Assembly: GCA_965204745.1 (NCBI GenBank)
Contig: OZ242010.1
Span: 2,848,001-2,912,000, forward strand
DNA: 64,000 nt
Origin: Candidatus Latescibacterota bacterium
Lineage (GTDB): Bacteria; Latescibacterota; UBA2968
Direction of reading: 5' to 3'
The position numbers were made by a program, and so were the translations under genes. The notes beneath the pieces are model-generated. The model was not told the origin of the DNA, did no database searches, and saw only the letters and a program-made list of their open reading frames with translations. Below, one piece after another: positions 35,801 through 44,513 of this stretch. Numbering within the stretch: position 1 is the first letter of the stretch; each line of letters opens with the position of its first letter.

Positions 35801-37192
35801 GTTCGCAACCAAGGCGGGAGGGCGTCAAGATCGACGATCCTGAGCTATTTCCGCTCGTCCAATTCGACGATCTCTACGAGCAATACAAAAGTGGGCAGGG
35901 ATTCGGTCAGCGGTCTTTCGGCTTCGGGCACGGGTTCGGAATCGATTAGTCTAACTGCTCCGTCGAGTGCTGGCACGTATTACTACGGCGCGTGTGTGTA
36001 TCCGGACCGCTACGAGAGCAACACCGACAACAACTGCTCGGATGGCGTGCGCGTTACGGTGAGTAGCGGCGGCGGCATTGTTGTTATTCCCGATGCCTAC
36101 CTACGCAATGTGATTTCGGACAGTTTGAACAAGGCACGCAGTGCGCCGATCACACGGGCGGACATGGCGACACTGACGCGGATTAACGCGCCAGGTAGCA
36201 TTACCGATTTGACAGGGCTTGAGTTTGCAACCAACCTGACAACGTTAGGGCTTCAACACAACCAGATATCGGATATCGCCGCATTATCGGGTTTAACCAA
36301 CCTGACATCGTTAAACCTTTGGAACAACCAAATCTCGGATATCGCCGCATTATCGGGATTAACCAACCTGACAATGTTAGACCTTGAAGGCAACCCAATC
36401 TCGGATATCGCCGCATTATCGGGTTTAACCAAACTGGAATGGTTATGGCTTAGATTAAACCAAATCTCGGATATCACCGCATTATCGGGATTAACCAACC
36501 TGACAACGTTAGGGCTTCAACACAACCAGATATCGGATATCGCCGCATTATCGGGATTAACCAACCTGACAACGTTAGGGCTTAGCGGCAACCGTATCTC
36601 GGATATCGCCGCATTATCGGGATTAACCAACCTGACAACGTTAGGGCTTAGCGGCAACCGTATCTCGGATATCGCCGCACTATCGGGATTAACCAACCTG
36701 ACATGGTTAGTCCTTTACGACAACCAGATCTCGGATATCGCCGCACTATCGGGTTTAACCAACCTGAGAACGTTAAACCTTGAGGACAACCAGATCTCGG
36801 ATATCGCCGCATTATCGGGATTAACCAACCTGACAGCGTTATTCCTTAGGGACAACCCGTTGAGTGCCACATCAATCAACACGCACATTCCTGCCCTTCG
36901 GGCCAGAGGGGTTACGGTCAATACTAGGAGGCCACAACCACCGACGCCACAACCACCGACGCCACAACCACCGACGCCACCTGGTGGCGGCAGTGGTGGG
37001 GGGGCCTGTTCGGTGGGGCAGGTGTTGAGTCCGGGGCAGAGTTGCAATGTCGGCAATAATCGGTTCGTGGTCCGCTCCGATGGATATGGGTGTTTTGGCT
37101 TTGCCTGCGCGGGCGAGAGTCTGACTAGCAACAGATTCCGAGCCAGCAGAATCGCCGGCACGTCGCGGTGGCGCATCGACGCACTGCCCTAA
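32891..37192 (+). CDS. Large secreted protein: cohesin-like, dockerin-like, 7 CARDB-like domains, 10 LRRs, Pro linker and a Cys-rich C-terminal domain
   Basis: Signal peptide nearly identical to the paralog; repeated PDLIVES...NNCS domains; ISDIAALSGLTNL repeats. Confidence 0.9.
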   Translation: MLKRMFGCFAVVLLAVAMHQPVAAGPNANAVLSWDIDASDNKRDDGNTSGTVAGAGTDVVVEVFITGLAGPIIGGAFSIDTNRLTVKSAAATPGLSVLGTTARTVSLGGFPPGVALPNGYLGTVTLTTTSDVTGTEFTVSASINVADGTSPFATDMLTAATPLTFNASTQTPTPDFNGDGTVDFADFVVFAGQFGTRRGDSRYQAKYDLNSDGAIDFRDFLSFAGSYGQSVPPSGGGGSSGGGGGGGGGSGGSGGGSSSPDLVVESPSVSDRTLTPGQSFTLQATVRNRGTGQSASTTLTYYRSSNSTISTSDTEVGTDSVSGLSASRTGSESIRLTAPSSTGTYYYGACVASVSGESNTDNNCSEGVRVTVVTSDLIVESPSVDNTTPTPGQSITLSATVRNQGTAEVAATTLRYYQSSDATITTDDTAVGKDAVPELAASATSEQSSNVTAPSTAGTYYYGACVEAVSGESNTDNNCSTGVRVTVSSGGGSSGGGGGGGGSSSPDLIVEQPSVSESTLTSEQSFTLQATVRNRGTGQSPETTLHYYQSSDATITTDDTAVGTDLVNGLSASRTGAESISLTAPSTAGTYYYGACVASVTGESDTNNNCSEGVRVMVVVPDLIVESFSVSDSTVGVGKGITARATVRNQGMGSSESTRVVFYVDDDSYTNPPHVRGLSASETYEVSRGLRVPSRPGTYSYHACVEDVRYETNTDNNCSNAVRVTVLGPDLIVESFSVSDSTVGVGKGITARATVRNQGMGSSESTRVVFYVDDDSYTNPPHVRGLSASETYEVSRGLRVPSRAGTYSYHACVEDVRDETNTDNNCSNAVRVTVLGPDLIVESFSVSDSTVGVGDVITARATVRNQGMWPSESTRVVFYWDDNSYTNPPHVRGLSASETYEVSSRLRVPSRAGTYSYHACVEDVRDETNTDNNCSNAVRVTVLGPDLIVESVSVSDNTVNVGQEFTLYATVRNQGGRASRSTILSYFRSSNSTISTSNTKVGRDSVSGLSASGTGSESISLTAPSSAGTYYYGACVYPDRYESNTDNNCSDGVRVTVSSGGGIVVIPDAYLRNVISDSLNKARSAPITRADMATLTRINAPGSITDLTGLEFATNLTTLGLQHNQISDIAALSGLTNLTSLNLWNNQISDIAALSGLTNLTMLDLEGNPISDIAALSGLTKLEWLWLRLNQISDITALSGLTNLTTLGLQHNQISDIAALSGLTNLTTLGLSGNRISDIAALSGLTNLTTLGLSGNRISDIAALSGLTNLTWLVLYDNQISDIAALSGLTNLRTLNLEDNQISDIAALSGLTNLTALFLRDNPLSATSINTHIPALRARGVTVNTRRPQPPTPQPPTPQPPTPPGGGSGGGACSVGQVLSPGQSCNVGNNRFVVRSDGYGCFGFACAGESLTSNRFRASRIAGTSRWRIDALP
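34751..35722. repeat. Three near-identical 324-bp intragenic tandem repeats
   Basis: Units start at 34751, 35075 and 35399. Confidence 0.92.
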
Positions 37193-37206
37193 CCGGTAGG
37201 TGGCGA

Positions 37207-37251
37207 GAAAGGGCCAGTGTAACGGCACAACCCCTTACACTGGCCCTTTTC
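37207..37251 (+). terminator. Intrinsic terminator; its 3' arm is part of a 39-bp tandem duplication (37236-37313)
   Basis: aaagggccagtgtaa...ttacactggccctttt. Confidence 0.75.
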
Positions 37252-37367
37252 TGTATCCGAGATTTCAGAACGCCTACACTGGCCCTTTTCTGTATCCGAG
37301 ATTTCAGAACGCCTACAATAGAATAACAGGAACGAAAGGCTTGCGAGCGAGAGGGGGTGACTGCTGG

Positions 37368-37691
37368 ATGGCGGAAAAGAAGGTACTGACTGAGGAGGAG
37401 GCGCAGGAGATGCTTGAGCGGTATTACCAGCGGCCATTGTTCGAGGCAACTGTCCTGCTGAAGCTGGCGCGTCGTCAGGTCGGCAACAAGAACGTGGCCG
37501 AGATGCTTGAGGCAATGCGGGTCGTGTTCCTTTCTGATATCTCGATCAAACTGGGTAATCTCCTCCAAGGGAATCCCAAATTGAAGAAGGACGGGTTCAA
37601 TCTTTCAACTTATTTGCATCTGTTTCCGCTCACGGGTGGCAGATTTTTCCAAAACGCCGGTGCCAGAAAAAAGCGCGTGTCCTATTGTTGA
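37368..37691 (+). CDS. Hypothetical protein
   Basis: gagggggtg RBS; protein-like N-terminal half MAEKKVLTEEEAQEMLERYY. Confidence 0.5.
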   Translation: MAEKKVLTEEEAQEMLERYYQRPLFEATVLLKLARRQVGNKNVAEMLEAMRVVFLSDISIKLGNLLQGNPKLKKDGFNLSTYLHLFPLTGGRFFQNAGARKKRVSYC

Positions 37692-37776
37692 TACACCGGC
37701 GGACGCGCTTTTGACTTGGTGTTCGCCAGTGACCGCTGAGCAATATGAGCAAATTACTTTTTCATAGGATAACACC

Positions 37777-38952
37777 ATGCCTCAAAACGAACTCACCCTC
37801 CGATACGGTTGCAATCCGCATCAATCCTCTGCGCGGGCGTATGCGTGCAGTGGGAACCTGCCCTTTGCCGTGCTCAATGGCGCGCCCGGGTACATCAACC
37901 TGCTCGACGCCCTGAATGCGTGGCAACTCGTGCGCGAGCTCAAGGACGCGCTCGACCTGCCCGCGGCGGCGTCTTTCAAACACGTCAGTCCCGCAGGGGC
38001 CGCGGTTGCCGTGCCCATTGCAACCGCGCTACAACGGGCGTATTTTGTCCACGATCTCGACCTCTCGCCCTTGGCGACGGCGTATGCACGCGCACGCGGG
38101 GCGGACAGGCTCTCGTCTTTCGGAGACTGGGTCGCGTTGAGCGACGAGGTGGATGAATCCACCGCACGCGTAATCAGCCGCGAAGTCTCGGATGGCATCA
38201 TCGCCCCGGCCTATCGCGCCGAGGCCCTCGCCATTCTGAAAAAGAAAAAACGCGGCGCGTACGTCATTCTCGAAATGGATGCAACGCACTCGCCCACCCG
38301 CACGGAAACCCGGGACATTTTCGGCGTCAGGCTGGAGCAAACGCGCAACACCCAACCCATTGGCCCGGACATGTTCACGCAGATCGTCACCCAAAACAAG
38401 GCGATTTCCCCAGACGCGCAACGCGACATGCTGGTGGCGACGATTGCCTTGAAGTACACGCAGTCCAATTCGATGTGCTTTGCCTTTGACGGGCAGGTGA
38501 TCGGCAATGGCGCCGGGCAGCAAAACCGGCTGGCCTGCACCGAGATCGCCGCGGACAAGGCCGAGACATGGCATTTGCGCCAGCACCCGGATATTCTCGA
38601 TTTCAAATTCCGCAAAGGGCTTAAACGCCCGGCAAAGATCAACGCCATCGAAGCGTATTTGCGCGGCGAGATGACCTATCAGGAGCGGCGCGTTTGGGAG
38701 GCGTGCTTTGACGCTGTGCCCCCTCCTTTGACCGCGGATGCCCGGCGTGCGTGGGTCAAACACATGCGCGATGTCGTGCTCAGTTCCGATGCGTATATCC
38801 CCTTCCGCGACAACATCGACCGCGCCGCACGCACGGGGGTCAAGTACGTCGTCGAGACCGGCGGCTCCATGCGCGATAGTGAGGTGATCGCGGCGTGCGA
38901 CGAATACGGGATGGTCATGGTGATGACCGGGGTGCGATTGTTCCATCATTAG
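37777..38952 (+). CDS. AICAR transformylase (PurH-like, lacking the IMP cyclohydrolase domain)
   Basis: LRYGCNPHQ, SFKHVSPAG, KYTQSNS, SSDAYIPFRDN, RLFHH. Confidence 0.92.
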   Translation: MPQNELTLRYGCNPHQSSARAYACSGNLPFAVLNGAPGYINLLDALNAWQLVRELKDALDLPAAASFKHVSPAGAAVAVPIATALQRAYFVHDLDLSPLATAYARARGADRLSSFGDWVALSDEVDESTARVISREVSDGIIAPAYRAEALAILKKKKRGAYVILEMDATHSPTRTETRDIFGVRLEQTRNTQPIGPDMFTQIVTQNKAISPDAQRDMLVATIALKYTQSNSMCFAFDGQVIGNGAGQQNRLACTEIAADKAETWHLRQHPDILDFKFRKGLKRPAKINAIEAYLRGEMTYQERRVWEACFDAVPPPLTADARRAWVKHMRDVVLSSDAYIPFRDNIDRAARTGVKYVVETGGSMRDSEVIAACDEYGMVMVMTGVRLFHH

Positions 38953-38999
38953 CGCGAGCCGCGAAAAGCCTGTCCCCACGGATGATGGAATCGCACGGG

Positions 39000-39410
39000 C
39001 GGTTGGGCGGTGTCGGTGTTGCCTCACCTCTCCCGTCTTGCGTCTTGCGTCTCACCGCAGGGGGTTGGGCGGTGTCGGGGTTGCCTCACCTCTCACCTCT
39101 CCCGTCTTGCGTCTTGCGTCTCACCGAAGGGGGTTGGGCGGGGTGAGAACTGACAATGCGAATAAAGCGTTGCATCCATTTATTGGGACCTACCCCCCTG
39201 GCCCCGTTACTCGCTACGCTTCGTTGTAGGCTACGCCTGTGCCTGTGAGGAAGGGGGGAATGGCGAGAGGTTGTGCGAGGGGTTTGGGTTTCCAGAGCGT
39301 GATCTATTCGCTCAAAGCCATCAGAACAGCCAGGGAGACAAACCTTCAAAAAGCCATGCGCTCCCCCTTTCCTTGTAGGAAAGGGGGCCGGGGGGATAGG
39401 TCCTACGAGG
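39000..39410. repeat. Intergenic mosaic: two CCTCACCTCTCCCGTCTTGCGTCTTGCG units plus an ~220-bp hairpin doublet element (39185-39403)
   Basis: Same families as at 22761, 52080, 58650 and 59210. Confidence 0.85.
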
Positions 39411-39545
39411 AAGGGGAAGAACATCTCTCGTTGCGGAGAGGAGCCGGATGACTCGTCCATGTCTTTGGGCGATTGGTCTCGGCTTGCTTCCTACTCGCTT
39501 TCTACTCTTAATTCGCATTGACCACTATTTGCGAGGAGCAACCGA

Positions 39546-40376
39546 ATGATCATTGACACGCACATTCACATTTACGATCCCACGCGGCCACAGGGCGTGC
39601 CCTTTCCCGAACCGGATGACGAGATTTATCGCCGCGTGATGCCCGAGGATTACCGCGCATTGGTCGCGGATGAGGGGGTTGATGGCGCGATCATCGTGGA
39701 AGCGAGTACCTGGGTTGAAGACAACCAATGGGTGCTCGACGCGATAGAAAGCGACCCGTTTATCAAAGGGCTGGTCGGCAACCTCGATCCGCGCGCCGAG
39801 GGCTTTGGCGATCACCTCAATCGCTTGGCGGGCAATCCGCTCTTTTTGGGCATTCGCCCGCGCACCCATCCGTGGGAACGCGAAGAGGTGGGCGAGATGG
39901 CCGAGGCGTTTGAACAACTCGTTGAACGCGATCTCGAACTCGATACCGGAATCGGCGATGCGGTCGTCGAACTCGCCCGGCGATTGCCCGAACTCCGCAT
40001 CGTGATCAACCACTGCGGCAATATCCCCGCAAACGGCAAACCCATCGCGGCCGCGCAACTGGAACTCATGGCAAAAGCCGCGGAACAACCCAATATGTTC
40101 TGCAAAGTGTCGGGCCTGATGGATTTGCGATGTCAAGTTCGCCCCGCGCCTACGGACCTCGGGTTTTACGTCTATCTGCTCGACGCACTGTGGAATCTAT
40201 TCGGCGAAGACCGCGTGATTTACGGCAGCGACTGGCCCGTGCTCGAGCGCAGTGGCCGCACACCCGCTGACGCGCAACGCTTGGTGCATCGCTACTTTTC
40301 CCAAAAGGGCGATGCGGTGGTGGAGAAATACTTTTGGAAAAACGCCATGACCGCGTATCGATGGCCCGATAGATAA
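39546..40376 (+). CDS. Amidohydrolase family protein (Amidohydro_2)
   Basis: IDTHIH, NHCG, KVSG, YGSDWP. Confidence 0.9.
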   Translation: MIIDTHIHIYDPTRPQGVPFPEPDDEIYRRVMPEDYRALVADEGVDGAIIVEASTWVEDNQWVLDAIESDPFIKGLVGNLDPRAEGFGDHLNRLAGNPLFLGIRPRTHPWEREEVGEMAEAFEQLVERDLELDTGIGDAVVELARRLPELRIVINHCGNIPANGKPIAAAQLELMAKAAEQPNMFCKVSGLMDLRCQVRPAPTDLGFYVYLLDALWNLFGEDRVIYGSDWPVLERSGRTPADAQRLVHRYFSQKGDAVVEKYFWKNAMTAYRWPDR

Positions 40377-40389
40377 GGGGCATTATCCC

Positions 40390-41193
40390 ATGCAAATCAT
40401 CCCTTCTAACAGCGCGCTCGGTGCGGAAATCCGGGGTGTCGATATTTCACGGACACTTGACGATGACACCGTCCAAGCCATTCGCCGCGCACTGCTCGAT
40501 CATTGCGTGGTGTATTTCCGCGATCAGAGGTTGCGAGACGCGGAGCAAATTCGTTTTACGAATTATTTTGGCCGCGCGGTTGAGCACGTCCGCAAACAGC
40601 GCGACCGCGAACACAAAGAAATTTTCATCGTTTCCAACATCGAGGAAAACGGCGAGCCTATCGGCGCGTTGGGCGATAGCGAAATCGGCTTTCACTCGGA
40701 TTTGTCGTATCTCAAACGCCCCGGCACCATCTCGGTGCTCTACGCGCTCGAAGTGCCCCGCACGGGCGGAAATACGCAGTGGTGCAACTGCTATGCCGCG
40801 TACGAAGCCTTGGATGCAGACACAAAAAAACGGCTCACAGGACTGCGAGCCGTACACCGCCATTATGTCGAAGAACAAAATCCCCCGGAGCGCGTCGACC
40901 ATCCGCTCGTGCGGACCCACCCGGAAACCGGTCGCAAATCCCTGTACGCCGGCCCCCACCTGACCCAGTACATCCTCGGCCTGCCCGCCGATGAGAGCGA
41001 CGCGTTGCTCAACGCCCTGTTCGAGCACGCGGCCCGGCCGGAATTTGTTTGGACGCACACCTGGCGCGTTGGCGACCTCGTCATGTGGGACAACCGCCCC
41101 ACCATGCACCGCCGCGAACCCTTCCCCCCATCGGAACGCCGCCTGATGAAACGCACGCAGGTTTTCAATGCGGATGATATACCGCAGGAATAA
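40390..41193 (+). CDS. TauD/TfdA alpha-ketoglutarate-dependent dioxygenase
   Basis: HSD, HPLVRTHPETG, WDNR..MHRR. Confidence 0.92.
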   Translation: MQIIPSNSALGAEIRGVDISRTLDDDTVQAIRRALLDHCVVYFRDQRLRDAEQIRFTNYFGRAVEHVRKQRDREHKEIFIVSNIEENGEPIGALGDSEIGFHSDLSYLKRPGTISVLYALEVPRTGGNTQWCNCYAAYEALDADTKKRLTGLRAVHRHYVEEQNPPERVDHPLVRTHPETGRKSLYAGPHLTQYILGLPADESDALLNALFEHAARPEFVWTHTWRVGDLVMWDNRPTMHRREPFPPSERRLMKRTQVFNADDIPQE

Positions 41194-41260
41194 CCTATTT
41201 GGTTTTTTGTCCTAACCTATAACGAGTAGCCAACTTCCACTCCTCACGCGGAGATTTGCC

Positions 41261-43219
41261 GTGTCTTTGGAAAACGCCCGCGCTGTCGTATTCGATTTCG
41301 ACGGCACGCTTTTTGACTTGGCGCCCGTAGTCAAAGCCGCTCGCAAGCGCGTCGCCACCTTGTTGTTTTCAAACGGGTTTTTCGCCTCTCGTTCCCACGC
41401 GCTCAACCGCATCGAGGTGCTCGAGCGCAAACACGGCCCGTATTATTCGTCCTCGCCCTATTATTTTGCGTTTTTCGACATTGCCAAAGCGATCTTCAAG
41501 GACAAACCCGACCAGGTGCGCGGCTTTCTGGACGAGCGAAATACGGACCCGGACGCCGATCCCGTGGAAGCACTCGTGGGCGAAATGGAGCGCGTGTACA
41601 ACGCCGAAGAAGTCGAGGACATTCGCCCCTATCCGGATGTTTTGCACACCCTGCGGGAATTGCGGATCGCGGGCTACAAACTGTTCTTGGTCACGCTGGG
41701 CAGGTCGCGGCGGCAGCGCAACAAAATTGATCGCCTGGGCATTGCCCCATATCTCGACCGCATCATCAACGAAGGCCCGCCCGCGCACGCGTACTGGTTT
41801 TCAGAACTCATGGAAAGCCACGCCTTGTCGCCGGATGAACTCGTCGTCGTCGGGGATAGGACGCACGACGAAATCCGTGCGGGCAATCGCCAAAACCTCA
41901 CCACCGTCTGGCTGCGGCGCGGCAGATTTTCTCGGGAAACGCCCGCATTGGGCGACCGCCCGGACTACGAAATCAAATACCTCGCCCAACTCTCGACCTT
42001 GCTCCACCTCGCCCGCTTGGGCAAAACCCCGGATCAACTCAAGGTCGCGGTGATCGGCGGCGGCACCGGATTGCCCACGGTGTTGCGCGGGTTGCGGCCC
42101 TATACCCATCATCCGACAGCGGTCGTCGCGGTGACCGACACGGGCGCGTCTTCCGGGCGCATCCGCTGGAATTTGGGCGTGCAACCCCCGGGCGATATCC
42201 GCAACGCCCTCACCGCGCTCGCGGATCCCGCGCAGGTCTCTCAAGGGTTGTTCCGGGTTTTTCAACATCGGTTTCCCAACAGCGAGCAGAAATCCGGCAT
42301 TTTTAAGAACGACCACATCGGCAATTTCCTGGTCGCCGCGCTCACGCAACAACTCGGGGATTTTCACGCGGCCATCCAAACCGCCAGCGATATGCTGCAC
42401 GTTCAGGGCACGATTTACCCGGCGAGTACGGACAACGTCGATATTTGCGCCCAACTGACAAATGGCGAGCACCGCTACACCGAATGGATGGTCAGAAAGC
42501 CCGGCAAGCCGCCCCTTGAGCGGGCCTATCTCGTGTCGAACACCGCGTTGTTGCGCGAACTCGACCGCGAGGGCAGCGCGCTCGAGCGCATGGTCGATCC
42601 GGAAACCGGGCAAGTTGAAATTCGCGCGTGCAAGGGACGAGATGTGGGGTTGGCACAAAACCGGATCAGCGCGCCACGCGGCGCCTTGCAGGCCATTGCA
42701 GACGCCGATGTCGTGGTCATTGGGCCGGGCAGTTTGTTCACCAGCGTGATCACCAACCTCCTCATTCCCGACATTCAGCAGGCCCTCATAGACCGCACGC
42801 GGGGCAAAACCATCTACGTGTGCAATATCGTCACCCAACCCGGGCAGACCGACCACTTCCGCGCATCGGATCACCTCGAGACGATCCTCTGCCACTTTCC
42901 CGGGGATCAGCGCGCGGGCATCATCGACCACATATTGGTGCAAGACCCGCGGGTTTTCCAAACGCCCAAGAGCCGGGCGTGGCATCCCCTGCTCGAGCAG
43001 TACAAAAGAGATGGCAAAATTCTCGTCGCCTGCGATTCGGAAACCCTCGACGCGATGGGCGCGTGGACGCGGGCGGATTTCGTCGAGGAATTTCAACCCG
43101 AAGCCACCGAGCGCGGTGTGGGCGATTTCATCAGCCACGACCCCGCCAAAGTCGCCGACGCGATCTGTCGCGTTTTCTGCGGCTTGAGCGTGCCGGATTA
43201 TTGGGGGATGGATCAGTAG
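41261..43219 (+). CDS. HAD hydrolase fused to a YvcK/GlmR (CofD-like, UPF0052) domain
   Basis: FDFDGTL and VGD motifs, then GGGTGL, DTGASSG, PPGDIRN, GPGSLFTS. Confidence 0.88.
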   Translation: MSLENARAVVFDFDGTLFDLAPVVKAARKRVATLLFSNGFFASRSHALNRIEVLERKHGPYYSSSPYYFAFFDIAKAIFKDKPDQVRGFLDERNTDPDADPVEALVGEMERVYNAEEVEDIRPYPDVLHTLRELRIAGYKLFLVTLGRSRRQRNKIDRLGIAPYLDRIINEGPPAHAYWFSELMESHALSPDELVVVGDRTHDEIRAGNRQNLTTVWLRRGRFSRETPALGDRPDYEIKYLAQLSTLLHLARLGKTPDQLKVAVIGGGTGLPTVLRGLRPYTHHPTAVVAVTDTGASSGRIRWNLGVQPPGDIRNALTALADPAQVSQGLFRVFQHRFPNSEQKSGIFKNDHIGNFLVAALTQQLGDFHAAIQTASDMLHVQGTIYPASTDNVDICAQLTNGEHRYTEWMVRKPGKPPLERAYLVSNTALLRELDREGSALERMVDPETGQVEIRACKGRDVGLAQNRISAPRGALQAIADADVVVIGPGSLFTSVITNLLIPDIQQALIDRTRGKTIYVCNIVTQPGQTDHFRASDHLETILCHFPGDQRAGIIDHILVQDPRVFQTPKSRAWHPLLEQYKRDGKILVACDSETLDAMGAWTRADFVEEFQPEATERGVGDFISHDPAKVADAICRVFCGLSVPDYWGMDQ

Positions 43220-43315
43220 TCAGTAGTCAGTAGTCAGTAGTCAGTCCGCCCCGCCCCAAGCGGTCAGCAGTCAGCGGGGCTGAATCCCAAAAGCGAAATC
43301 ACAGGCGGATTTCAA

Positions 43316-44002
43316 ATGACCGAAAAAATTAAAGGCATCATCTTCGATCTCGACGATACCTTGTTCGACTGCATGGGGCAACTCAACCAAACGGCCAGGC
43401 GCAGGGCCGCGCGCATCCTCGCTTCGGCATGCCCTGGCCTCTCCGTTGAAACCGCTTGCCGGCAACAGGAATCGCTCGCCCAAATCCAGGGATCATCAGA
43501 GGCGATTTGCGCGCTCGGTGGGCAATACGATATTTCGCCTCGCATCGTCAAACGGGCACTCGATGCGTACAATTCCCGCATAGTAGAAGCCATCGCGCCA
43601 TTCCCCGACGCGCTCGACACCCTGGCGACATTGGTTCAGCGCGGTTATGCACTCGCCTTGGTCACGGCCGGCCTTCCCGAACGCCAGCGCGAAAAAGTTC
43701 ACCTGCTCGGCTTGGGCGATTATTTCAGCGAGACCGACAACACGCTCATCTTATGCGACACCCGCAAAACCGACAAAGGGCCATGCCTCGCGCAGGCCGC
43801 CAAAACCCTCGCACTGCCCCACGGCCAAATCCTCTGCGTGGGCGACAAACTCACCGAAGAAATCGCCGCCGCCAACACTTTGGGGATGACCACTGTTCGC
43901 ATGCGCCACGGGGTGCAAAAACACAGAACACCCCAAACGCCAATAGAACAACCCGATTGCGAAATAGACCGCATCTCCCAAGTGCTGTCACTCCTGCCAT
44001 AA
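43316..44002 (+). CDS. HAD-family hydrolase
   Basis: FDLDDTL, VGDKLTEEI. Confidence 0.88.
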   Translation: MTEKIKGIIFDLDDTLFDCMGQLNQTARRRAARILASACPGLSVETACRQQESLAQIQGSSEAICALGGQYDISPRIVKRALDAYNSRIVEAIAPFPDALDTLATLVQRGYALALVTAGLPERQREKVHLLGLGDYFSETDNTLILCDTRKTDKGPCLAQAAKTLALPHGQILCVGDKLTEEIAAANTLGMTTVRMRHGVQKHRTPQTPIEQPDCEIDRISQVLSLLP

Positions 44003-44142
44003 CAAAAACGAGCAACCCGACGGGCAAGCGCGGGGCATTGTCCAAAAAGGTGAGAGGTGAGAGGCAAGACGCGAGAAGGCCACCCCGCTCCCCTCTTGTA
44101 TCTTTGGGCGAACACGGGGACATCCTACATTTGTTTGGATCT

Positions 44143-44512
44143 CCTTTGAACTGGCTGTTGCCAGTTGTACCCCGCTCGCCTTTTGTGTTTTTGTGCCTTT
44201 TGTGGCTCCCATCTCGCCTTTGAACTGGCTATCGCCAGTTGTACCCTGCTCGCCTTTGAACTGGCTATCGCCAGTTGTACCCTGCTCGCCTTTGAACTGG
44301 CTATCGCCAGTTGTACCCCGCTCGTGTTTTTGTATTTTTGAACTGGCTGTTGCCAGTTGTACCCCGCTCGCCTTTGAACTGGCTGTTGCCAGTTGTACCC
44401 CGCTCGCCTTTTGTGTTTTTGTGCCTTTTGTGGCTCCCATCTCGCCTTTGAACTGGTTGTTGCCAGTTGTACCCCGCTTGTGTTTTTGTGCTTTTTGTGG
44501 CTCCCATTGTGG
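44143..44512. repeat. Array of seven ~36-bp palindromic units (AACTGGC-N4-GCCAGTT) interspersed with TTTTGTG repeats
   Basis: Cores near 44149, 44223, 44259, 44295, 44341, 44377 and 44451; same family inverted at 62215-62360. Confidence 0.9.
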
Positions 44513-44513
44513 C

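Noticed and set aside
29945-37192. Diversity-generating retroelement acting on the LRR genes
   Set aside because: No reverse transcriptase and no template repeat with adenine-specific differences was seen
37690-37776. ZMP/ZTP riboswitch upstream of the AICAR transformylase
   Set aside because: Expected from context, but I could not find the conserved motif and 3' pseudoknot hairpin; an Rfam scan would settle it
44143-44512. CRISPR array of 36-bp palindromic repeats
   Set aside because: Several units abut with no spacer, and the others have repetitive spacers
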